Source: Catajapyx aquilonaris (Eukaryota). Taken from it: DNA of 20,000 bases. A program made the translations under genes and the position numbers. The first letter of the stretch is position 1. Every line of letters begins with the position of its first letter. The DNA is taken from the NCBI GenBank assembly GCA_000934665.2, contig JYFJ02001628.1, forward strand, positions 54,154 through 74,153, given 5' to 3'. A model generated the notes under the pieces. It was not told the DNA's origin, did not search any database, and saw nothing but the letters and a program-made list of their open reading frames with translations. Below are positions 9,418 to 20,000 of the stretch, piece by piece.

Positions 9418-10338
9418 TTAGATTTGGAAAAGGGGCTTGGAAGGGATGAGAGGGGCTGCTGCCAGGGACAAGAATAATGTGCCCCGGAGATTTGCGATCC
9501 AGTCAAGTGAGCCTATTGCGACTGAAAACGCCTCGGATAACTGTTTGGGGCCAGTGGGAACAACAGAATACTCTATGCGTAAGTAGTAACGACAAACTTT
9601 TAAAGTATGGCCATGTTGTGCTGATATAGAAGTTTGGAAGGAAGCAGCATACGCCATCTACTGAATCTCCTTCACTGCTTGACTCAGACTCTCCCCTGGC
9701 CAAAGCCATGGCCTTGGCCAGGGGAGAGTAGAGTTAGTCAAGAAAGTCTGTACTAAGGTGGTGACCTAACCAGTGTCAATGGAACCCATGTGTTTTCTTG
9801 GTAGACCTAGCACGGGGTTGGCCCCGGGGTCGTCACAACATACAACAATATCCTGTAAAAATGATCAATGAGAGACCAAAAAAAACTATGAATTGCTAGG
9901 TTCTGTCCGGGAGGTTCGTTAACTAATAGCAATTCCTGTCTGACTGCTCAGACAGGATGAGCTGGACATAGGAAGCTTCCCATAATATGGTTTGAAACAT
10001 GTACTTACATTCAGGTCGGTTTCCGCTTCCGGGGATTCACATGCAGTGCATGCGATGTAACCAGTAGGACATGCAACGTTATATTCTTAGACCCTTTCAA
10101 TGTAGCCCGAATATCCAGCAGTAAAAAACTATCAATTATTTCGTGGCTTCCAGCATCACAAGTCAATTGGTCTAGAATTCGCAGTGAAAAGCAGTGGCTC
10201 ATTCATATATTCCCTAGAAAGTTTCCCCCCGGAAGTCGGTTCTTCACTCCAAAAGTCAGTCCTCATAGGTGGAACGTCTCCTAATTTATTTATCTTTCTT
10301 TACTCTTCCTTGATGGATTTTGCATGTGGGACGAGAAC
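9418..10338 (-). pseudogene. Decayed spliced gene remnant resembling accessory proteins of animal CACTA/EnSpm elements
   Basis: Minus-strand splice signals: acceptor ttttacAG at 9854-9853, donor GTAAGT at 10008-10003, and a pyrimidine tract plus AG at 10340-10339. One frame from 9852 to 9418 has two internal stops and includes PGESLSQAVKEI...HGHTLKVCRYYLRIEYSVVPTGPKQLSEAFSVAIGSLDWIANL. From memory this resembles the 'G....Y...IE...I......AF......VFNL.Y' C-terminus of such proteins. Not verified by search. Confidence 0.35.
9688..9729. repeat. 42-bp near-perfect palindrome
   Basis: ACTCTCCCCTGGCCAAAGCCA|TGGCCTTGGCCAGGGGAGAGT has 20 of 21 pairs complementary. Outer arms CTTGACT (9678-9684) and AGTCAAG (9736-9742) extend it. 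Confidence 0.9.
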
Positions 10339-12149
10339 CTTAGGGGGTGAGGAAAAACCCAGGGAAAGCTGAGAATCCCGTCCAAACACTTCTTATGTCA
10401 ACAAAAACTCTGGGAATTGACCTGGCTAGGGCATCAACCCCTATGAGGACACGGATCACGTCCCTTTGCAATGTCCATACAATCATTCAGAATCACCCTG
10501 TAGGTCTCCTTTAGAAAGCGTGCGGAGACACACTAAATTATTGGTTAAAGAGATGGTTGTTACGATAGGTCAAATCCATATTGCGTGATTGGGTGATGAT
10601 ATGGGAGAGTTACGGCACGATTCGTCAAGTCGGTGTATTTTTTATGTACATTAAACAGTGTGTTTTCGTATCTGCCACCATTTTGTCGTTATCTTTCTCC
10701 TAATAGGTTTCTCAGTCGGATGTTTGTCCGACTTGATAGTATCGCTATTTCTCGTACGATGTCAGGAATGTCCAGCGGGAGTATGCGCCATCTATCCGTC
10801 AAGAATAATACTACGTGGTAAATCGGCGGGTCATCTCATTAAAATTGTTTACTGACCAATTTTTGGCAACGAGTAGAATTCTAGATAGAAATGGCGTAGA
10901 ATTTCACTGAAAATGTGTCCTAATAATGGCCGGCTTACTTCTGAGCCTTCAAAAAAAGGCTGTTTAGCACATACAATATACTGTGCATAACACCAGGCGT
11001 GTAATGCGACGTGCGTCCGCGGCTCACTGGCCATAAAAATGTTACATTTTAGGTTTTCTTTGCAGTGTTTATGCGCCGCTGGTGGCGGAATCCCATGATC
11101 CAGTGGTACCAGTATGATAATTATGTGTTTTAAAGCACTGAATCTGGATAAGACAATGCAGATATGTCATAATAAATACAGCAAAAAAATTTGGTGCAGT
11201 CCTATACATTTTTTTGGACAGCCTGTTAGGCCTCTTTCGTGCATTCAATACATCTCTGCACTACACTGCATTCCATTAGTCTTCATTGAACACCGTGCAA
11301 AATTCCGGTCACGACATCCCAAAAGAGTAGGTGGGGTATTCTGCAGTACCCTACTTTTTTTTTTTTTCCTCCTCACCGTGTCCTCTTTCAAAAATCCTGT
11401 TAATGCCTGCCTTTTCAGAACGGACTCGTGCTTTCCAAAACGTGTCACTCGTCCTATACCCCACCCTTCGAAATATTGCGTCGACCTCAACTAGCTCGGC
11501 CTTCTCAATCAGTACGAAGGTCCTGTCAGACTCTGACAGGAACCAGACCACGCAACTTGGTCTGATTCATGCGAACATGTACCTGCAATTGAGAGAAAAA
11601 TAATAGTCTAATACAAAGAACACTATTGTGTCTGGAACACTTCTGATACATATTGAATGCCAAAGTGACTAACCAGATTTAGAGCAAGGGTCAGCGTTAC
11701 GTACTCGGGTGTTACGGTATAGGAGAAGCAAATTATGGAAATTATGGTGGCTTGAAGGGATCTGCTTGTGACTATATCTACTATAATTATGGCGGTTCAG
11801 TTCGGGCCAGGGAAGGTTAGAGCTGGTTCCGTTCACTTAGGCCATTTATTATGCGGTCATGTTACATTACGTGCAGATTTGTCATCGTCACTTGCAGGGC
11901 TGCCGCCCTAGGAAAAGCGAAGTTTGGATAATGTATGCGGAGACCACATGCGTATAATACACTATTGTAGGTGGCATTATTAGGGTGTACAGAGTGAAAT
12001 GGAGGTCTTAGGTGATGGGTGGGAATAAACTCTTTACTCTAATTATGATGTACAGCTGACTGTGCTGTAATAGGTCAAATCACATTTCAAATTGGAGGCA
12101 GGTGCGTAACAATAAAATCAGTTCATTACAATCTCTTCCTGCGGGCCAT

Positions 12150-15100
12150 ATTTACCAATACAAAGCAATCGGGCCATTGCTGAACACATTTACCGATACC
12201 GCTGCTTTATGAAGCAGTACAGCGTATACTGTATATGGTACAGCATAATTGTTGTAACGCAGCATATGCATATATCAAAATCGACTGCAAGCTAAAGCTG
12301 GTTTACCTCTACAGGCATATCATATAGGCCTATGTATATAGTGATGCGCACCCTTTAAAACGAAACGTATAGTCCATTCGCCACCAACCCAATTTCGAGA
12401 ATTTAACTGGCCCAGCTATACCTTTGAAGTCAGGTCTTAATTACAGTATCATTTTGCATAGGTTGAACTCGTAGACAGATCAGAAACAGCCGATTATGCC
12501 TACCACAAAATGAACAAATACACTAGTTATACAAACGCTGATAACAATTTTATTTAACGGTGAATTTGACGCCTACCAATTTAATTTCAACTGTAAGTAC
12601 ACCTGGTGTGATTTCAAATGTTATACTTTTCCAGCCACTGATCATTCCGCTTCTGACCATATTTTGTAGCTTGCATTTGATAATGTCAGTATAACAGCTG
12701 CATAAAACAGTGCATGCAATATCACACGTTACATGTGACATGTAAAATGCACCTGGAATGAATGCTTTGGTACTGTTTATTTTCATAGCCTTACACCCTT
12801 TGATGTACGACACATTAATGTAACCCATCATGTAAACCTTTATCGAAAACCCGCAGGATGAGTGGCGTGCGTGTCTGTTCACCAAAATGCAAACGTTCGT
12901 TAGAAAAGCAGGCGACGACGTGTGAAATATTAGATTCTGCCCGCAAATTTTCCTCCAAGGTCACGCACATCGTCAGGTGTTATTCTGGAGGTAAATTACC
13001 TTTCACTCTTCTACTGCAATGCTGTCAGTCTGACCTGTATTAAAGACAACCACTGACCAGTTGCGAATATAATAAGCCTTGAACTATGTAAAGAGTTACA
13101 GGCATATATTTATCTATATAAATAAAGCCGTTTGTGAGTCTGTCTGTCTTTCTGTCTGTCTGTCTGTCCGCCTGCCAACCGTCATTTGCCTGCCATCTGT
13201 GCTCCACCCCCCGGCCGGGAGAGGATGGAGGTTTTGGGGGTTGACGACAGATGGCAGGCAAATGACGGTTGCCGTTATACAGGCAGGAGAGGCTGAAGGT
13301 GTTGGAGTAGCAGGACCACAGATGTCATTGGTGGACGGACACAGAAAGACAGACAGTTGACGGGGCTACTGGCAGGTGTTTTCCCTTCACTCATTTCTTC
13401 CCGGGCAACGCCGGGTGCCGCAGCTAGTAATATTACAAATGTATGCCTGCAACTTTACAAAGTTCATATTCTGCGAGATAACCTCTTGTAACTTAAGCCG
13501 AACACATGCAATTAAATCCCTACAACAAAGGGTCTTATGTGCAGCATTGCATAAATGTCGTGAGTGCAAAAGGTTACATCTCCCCGTTAGTAATAAGAGC
13601 ACATTAGAATACGGGGAGGCCTACTACTTACGATGTGGCTTTATGCCACATTATGCAGGATAACTCTATTGCAAAGCCAACTCGACATCAAAATGCATTA
13701 GGAAGGACTTGAGTGAGCTCAACTATCCGACTGCTCCAAGCTATAGTTTGTGCTATTTACTGCCTGGAAATCCCCTCTATGTTGCAACGATTCTAAAAGT
13801 AAACTGTATGTTACAAGCTGGAATGACTCTTAAAAGCATGGCTCTGATTCGCACAACTATTTACAAATTGTCAACATGGCCTAGGGGGAAACATAGCTAT
13901 AAAATGACAACGGTGTGCTGGAAGCCATAAGCTCGTGTGAGCAAACACATTTTACGCGTTGTGTACATTATTATGTCACACTAGGTTTATTGCCACAAAA
14001 TGTCGCGTGTTATGGAAAAGTGATACAAGATTGCAGTAAAACTGTTACACGCAGCCAATTTTAGAAGACCAGATCATTTTTTTTGGACAACAAATATGCT
14101 ACATGCAAATCAAATCAATCCCCCCTGCAGTGCTTAGACATGAATATTTAGTAATCGGGATAAAATGCACATCAATTATGCAAGGGATTTGATGTCAAAA
14201 AATACAGTCCAATCTTCCTGTACAGTATCATTCCACTTCAGCGCCACTGAATTCAACGGCATCTGACATGCAAAATGTTATTACAAAATGCAGACTTGAA
14301 CTTCCCAAGTACTGAAGGAAGTAAGCCAGTTCGCGGATTCAGCAGTGCATAAAACGTCGGATCAACCAATTTTAGAGCGAACCCAGTCATGTCAAATGTA
14401 TATAGCTCCAGCCATGCACCTGCCCATTTGCAAATATTAGGCAAATGAGTGGATTCACAACACATCTGCAGTATTTACACCGCATCGTCACACTTCATGC
14501 GTCATTTAGCAACATTCATAATCACGCCCAGTAGCAATTCAGCCTGGAAAAAAAAATTGTGCTAACTTCGGAACACTTACATATTATATGTACACATATG
14601 ACTCCCAAATTGCAATCCCGCAATAACTCATCACTTGTAGTGGCAATTAAGTTGAGAAATGAAGGCAGCGTCACCGGCACATAAATCGGCTGAATCTGTA
14701 AGGGCCTCTCCCCATCATTAGGACCCACCCCAGCACCCATTTCAGACCCTAAAGTGACAGGAGGGGAAATAATCATCAGGCCCCAATATTTCCACGCCGT
14801 GCAGCCAATATGTCAACGACTTCTAGATGCTAGGGAAAGGGGAAAAAAAATCCACTTAGGACATTCTCATCACTTGTGGTTGCTTGGATTGGGCGAGGTG
14901 CTGGGGATGGGTAAGGTTGGTGGGGGAACAACTTCACGAAAACATTGTCGAAAGTGAATCTAAAAAGTCATTAGATTGCCTGGCGCGCCATCTGGCCTTC
15001 ATGAGCTACGCCAGAATGGCAGTCATAATGTTTCTAAGGAGAGAGCTTCTGATGAAATATGTGGCCTCCTTAAGATGGGAGGATGGTTCAGAATTTCTAA
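12150..15100 (-). pseudogene. Heavily decayed CACTA/EnSpm-like (CMC) transposase
   Basis: Collinear minus-strand motif remnants, in order: HLKEATYFIRSSLLRNIMTAI (~15070-15010); VTLG...YVPVTLPSFLN (~14760-14650); KLQAYICNI|INI...QLV (across the Helitron); DDVRDLG...F*RTFAFW*TDTHATHPAGFR*RFT*WVTLMCRT (12974-12804; recalled pattern D.K.L...F.G.L.AF.ADT.A.H..GGF.E.F...CR.C); KINS...IPGAF...DIACTVL...IK.KLQNMVRSG (~12785-12645; recalled GINS...DIMH.LLEG); LLH...NGPIALYW (12217-12155). Many stops and frameshifts. Boundaries are approximate. Confidence 0.5.
13113..13427 (+). mobile_element. Non-autonomous Helitron (315 bp)
   Basis: 5' end A|TCTATATAAATAAAG followed by a (GTCT)n tract (~13138-13168). 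3' hairpin CCCGG-GCAACG-CCGGG (13400-13415), then CTAG|T 8 nt later (CTAG 13424-13427). Inserted between A and T with no TSD, the canonical Helitron architecture. Confidence 0.88.
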
Positions 15101-16087
15101 GACATTGGAGTCAACATAATGTGTAACATTGCGCTAGAAATAATATTCATTTTTATCATACTCTATACGTAAGATTGATACTCAGAAAATGCATATAGAA
15201 GTCCAGCTGGGGTAGTGATAAAATTTCGTGGAAAGAATAGGTCCAGAGTATGCTGCACTGCATCTACTTCTAGTTTATAGCTGCATGCCTGCACGACACG
15301 CCATTGATTTAGAGGGCATAAAAACTAATACACCCTTCGTACTATACGACCTGTAACATAGTTACAAGCTGGCGTCATCCGGTGGAGATATACAATGAAT
15401 AAATTTTGGGAATCAAAACTGGGTAGTCAGCATATTTGCAAGCTGAATCTGTACCGCATATCCTTAAAGTTGAGCGGCAGCTATGCCAACATTAATTACC
15501 TGACTCATGCTAGAACATCCCGCATTGCTTACAAACCAAGCAGCGGCGGTGCCGTGATAAAATGCCCTATATTAAGAGGACAGGTCCATGCATCTCATCC
15601 GACCCAACGGTTTTACTTCAGAACCGCATTCCTCCAGGGGCACGCCCTACGACACCAAGCATTTTATCTAACCCCGATGCCTCACCCTGTACCTCTCCCA
15701 GCTTTCAACTCACGCAAATTCGCAAACACTCTCGGTCCAGTCTGGCCCACCTAAATATCACGTGTCGTGTGTGTCCAGCCCGAGTAAATGATGTGTACCG
15801 AAGGTGTCCTCTATAGCATCGGAGTGCAACTAGACAAGGTGGTAGTCCGATGACGCCTGACCGCTTCCCTGGAGCTTACTCCGCGAAATGAGGCCCTCAG
15901 TCGGCTTTTCATGGGCCAGCTGATGAGATAATAGGCTTCCCCCCCTAGCCTTTGCGCCACATCGTCTATATGTATACCCCATGGCTGGGCTCCCTGGGGT
16001 TCAAAAGTGCTATCGAATCCGAAGGCGACAACTACTGGTGCTTTCATTTTGAAGGGTAATAGCCGGGGATAAGATTGGATTGGCTGC

Positions 16088-16294
16088 TAGGGCTGTGCGA
16101 TATTTCGATACATCGACTGTCGATACCATATTTTCCTAATATCGAAGTTGCGATATCCGACGCTTGGCATGTTAGATGTATCGAATATCGCAATTTTTCG
16201 ATGTCGGTTTTTCGATTTTCGATATATCGACTTCGATTCGATATTTTTTAAGTATCGAAAGTCGATATGTAATTTCGGATATCGCACAGCCCTA
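16088..16294. mobile_element. hAT-superfamily MITE (207 bp)
   Basis: Perfect 16-bp TIRs TAGGGCTGTGCGATAT (16088-16103 and 16279-16294). Perfect 8-bp TSD TTGGCTGC (16080-16087 and 16295-16302). The interior is packed with TCGAT/ATCGA motifs in both orientations. Confidence 0.95.
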
Positions 16295-19200
16295 TTGGCT
16301 GCTTATGTTGGTGTCATCTATGTGGCCCTGCCAGGCACTGTACATAACCAAAAATAAGACACTCTTGCCTACTGGTTCCGCCAACTAAGAATTTCGTTTC
16401 AAACCATTCCTCCCCGACTATTCCACTATTCAGTCACGTTTTAATACCCAAAGTGCCGCTAATAATGAAGTGAGAAATTAATTGCTCGTCCGAAAAGGAA
16501 GAAGGGTGGAGGGGGGGTGGAGGATCTGAAGTGCCACGCAACGCTGATGATGGATCGAGACAGTGATTAAAAGTAAGCTTACAATAAGCACCCGTTGTGG
16601 AAACTTTTCCTCTCTTTTTTGTCTACCGTATGATTACATTATCCATCCATCAAGTTCCGGGAAATCCTTACCGGATTACTTCAAACCCCAGTGAACCCAC
16701 TTTCTCACGACCAGTCCACCTCCAAAAATAAGAGAGTAGTATTAATGTCGTTTGGACCTCTGTGACATAACGTGCGGTATTTTCATTCATAAAATCCACC
16801 GCCGGTATTTCACAGCTAAATTATAGGTCGACCTAACTCGTATGTAATATTTAGGGACACTATGATCTGTCCCCGCCCACACACACGCACGCCCACACAC
16901 GCCCTTGTTATTATACCGAACGTGTACAGTCCTACTCAGTCATACTGCTGGCGACATTTTCCGATGCGGCACACGCGAAAATCGAAAGTGACAGAGTGTG
17001 AGCCGTGCAAGTTAGAAGAGGTAGGCCTTGAGTGACGCCACCGGCTGGAGAGCAATGGAGCCAGTGACGTCACCCAAAGCCTACCTATTCTTACTCGCAC
17101 GGCTCCCACTCGATTTGCACTTCTGCCGCATCAAAACATGTCGTAAGCCGTATGACGCGACATACATGTTGGATATACGCATCTTCCTAATTTTCGTCCC
17201 AGGTAATGAACCCAGCAGGTACTGCACTATAATTTTTTGCCCCTCTAAAAATCCATAATTAAGTGCGAATCCGACATGCCTTTGATGTTAATAGCATCTG
17301 TCGACTTTGGAGTGTGTACGACATGTGAAGCCCTGCGCACCTAACTCACCCTGCGGTATAGATGCAGAGTTGTTGTTACCTCCGCTATGCGATTTCTGAT
17401 GGATTCCAGTGATAATTAACACGCTAGGTAGTTTGCGTGAGACCCGGTACATTGTAAGCGACACCCGCCGCAAGCACGGTTATTTTTCACGCCTGGCTTT
17501 TGGTAGTGTTTCGCGATGGAAATTCAATAATGAGCCGTCACCACCACTTTCCGAGTGAACAAGAATGAGTGAAGCAAAAGTCGACATTTATACTTGGGCG
17601 ACTGCAAATTTCTTAGTAGTCAAAAAATAATAAAAATGATTGGAGGTCCTAAATTACAGTGGGGGATAATTAGAGGTATTGTTGGGTGATGAAAATGTAT
17701 TGTTTCTGAACGGAGACAAATGGGGGAGCTGAATTGTATAGGAATGATTGGCGAAGTTTTGTGCTATAAACCCCTACAGTTCCAGTGTTCTCATTATTGG
17801 GGGGGCCCTTTTTAGCATCAATTTTACGCTTGCCTGGAGTTATTGACGAGGGTATAATTGCGTGATTCTCCTACGAGTTGACATGCAGGCCTAACAATAA
17901 TGCAATTATAATAATTTAACAAGCCGTCTTTTGGGATAATAGTTGTAATGAGGAGTTGACAATGGTTTTTATGCTGTTAAGCGATGCGTGTAAGACAGTC
18001 ACTGGGAGAAGCTAAAATGGGCCAATCATGGATCAGGAGGTTACCCAAGAGTATCGATATATATCGGCGGGCCATTTAAAAATTATAGCGCGGTTATAAG
18101 CAAAACGGGCGAGTTGATGCAATTTTTTCACTTTAATATTACGTACATACTGTACAGTGTCTTAACTTCATATCCCACAGTTTTCATCCGCTCACGTAAT
18201 AACTGCAGGTTAAAAAAAATCTTGCATGCATAATAGAACCTATATAGCTAAAGTCTGACATTATCTTTCTAGAGAAAGCAAGGGCGGTGAGGCGCATACT
18301 AATAATTTGTAATCATGTACAGCACTACAAAGGATGCCTTCTAATAAGCTAGTCTGTACCTACAGCAGGAGTATGGGAGGATGCAAGTCAAGTTGGGATA
18401 GTACGACAACCTATTTTGGTATTCGTGTCGTATCGTGATGGCTAATTCCGGGACTGGCTAAACTCGACAGGAAAGTGCAAGGGAAATGACCTCGGTCGGC
18501 TCCAGTCATTGGCGCCATTTCCGGTGTCCACTATTTGCGGACAGCCTCTGTCGTAATGTGGTCCACAAGGTGGTCGGCTTATCCCAGCAAGTTAACACAT
18601 TTTATAACAAAAGGACAGCACAATTAATTGTTATGTAATATGACTTTAACTGAAACGGTTGCCTCATCTGAGGAGGCCAATCACTTCTCAGTTAGTGGAT
18701 CGACTCATTAGTGTTATACAAAAAAAAAATGATTGCAATAATAGCTGTAAAATGTGGTTAAAACTAAATACACCATGAATTACAAACATCCACACTGTAA
18801 ATAGCAACTTGCCCGACCCACTTGCACGTAACTACTAAAGTTGCTACTCTTCTACCCTCCGAGTAAGCTAACTTTTTACTCGAAAAAATTACCCAAGACT
18901 GCTGAAGTTCCAGCCCAAATCTGACCTACCCTAGGGTGCCATAGATGTTAGTTCTACACTGACCTTCTCCAAACTTCGCAAACTTCACGAAAAAGACTAG
19001 CTGCAGGCCCCACTAAAAGTTGCATAGGTAATTTTATATACCTACACGACGGGCAGTGTTGACGTATCTCTACACCATACTAAGGTTTATTACACCCTGG
19101 AGGAATGCAATAGAATAGTAACGAATTACTATCACACATTTGAGCCATTAATTATAGAAAGGCAGTGGAAGTTTGCTTGACTGGGCAGCGGAATAAGCAA

Positions 19201-20000
19201 ACGGGTTGGCTGAGATAGACGCTGATTTATGCTTTTGGAGTCTGGATTATGCAGAATCTGCTTTAAGCAGCCGAGGGGGAGGCCTCCTGCTTTCTATGTG
19301 AACATGCTTCCACCGGACGCAGCACTATTTTCCAAGGCATTTCGGATGTCACTAGATGCGCTGGATTTCTCCAAGGCATGACAGTCTGGGGCCGTTTGCT
19401 ACAGTGAAGCTAATTTCAGGTTTGTTCTACTGAATTAATGGATCAAACTCTATAGGCACTGAGGTGCTCTTCAGGGGCCACAAATATTATTTAAAATAAA
19501 AATTTACAGTATAAAACATGTGACACTCCAAAATCCAACCGAATTTTTGGCACCCCATTAGAAGCAGACAACCGTTTTGCCCTTAAGTTCCAACTAGCTT
19601 TTTTTAGATCCAAATAGTACCATCTAGGGAGCCTCTAGTGTCTACGTAATTATTTTTCTGGGAAACCCACTACACACTACTTGTGGGTCCCTCCATTTAC
19701 GTAACTCTTTCCCGCCTGGAAAAAAAAGTAGGCGCATATACCGTATTGATTGTGCACAGTGCAATGTTAGGGGGCGCTCCACTTCTTAACGTCCCACATA
19801 TCAAAGCGGCTCAGGTGTAGGGCAGCCATCTAATGAGATTACAGGAAGGTCCGACCACATTTTACCAGTGGAAAATTTTGCGCCTTCCTGACCGCAAATC
19901 TCCAGGTTCTGTACGGTCAACAGAAAAGAGATAGCCCAGGGGAGGGTCAAACAAGTTCACTGTAAAGCTGTTGACGTCTCTGCGCCAATGAGAATATACA

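Larger units (their letters stand above)
5457..20000 (+). other. Neuroligin intron 2 (extends beyond the window)
   Basis: Starts GTGAGT. The expected next exon (GFL...NYGLMDQ.AAL.W...NI..FGGDP) was not found in the rest of the window. Confidence 0.75.

Noticed and set aside
11053..11117. Acceptor giving GFLCSVYAP..., a possible exon 3
   Set aside because: It starts with the expected GFL but lacks NYGLMDQ/FGGDP and stops at 11115-11117.
679..16560. Several CTGATGA motifs (near 679, 1833, 5236, 15920, 16544) suggesting hammerhead ribozymes
   Set aside because: None has a stem II followed by GAAA with closing stems.
18932..19557. TAGGGTGCCA ... TGGCACCCCA as possible hAT termini
   Set aside because: The match is only about 9 of 10 bp and there is no target-site duplication.

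Overview
Eukaryotic, probably arthropod, genomic DNA. It holds the first two coding exons of a + strand neuroligin gene (non-catalytic carboxylesterase-fold synaptic adhesion protein). Exon 1 (2878-3457) and exon 2 (5304-5456) join in frame across a phase-1 GT-AG intron, and intron 2 runs more than 14.5 kb to the end of the window. The GC-rich region upstream of the start codon carries several uORFs. Intron 1, at the position equivalent to vertebrate splice site A, contains two frame-preserving candidate cassette/micro-exons (42 nt and 9 nt). Intron 2 contains a 207-bp hAT-type MITE with perfect TIRs and an 8-bp TSD, and a 315-bp non-autonomous Helitron. The Helitron sits inside what appears to be a heavily decayed minus-strand CACTA/EnSpm-like element (transposase remnant plus accessory-gene remnant). 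I found no prokaryotic system, CRISPR array or RNA gene, and no clearly new biological system. The best leads are regulatory (microexons, uORFs). All family assignments come from motif recall, not from searches.
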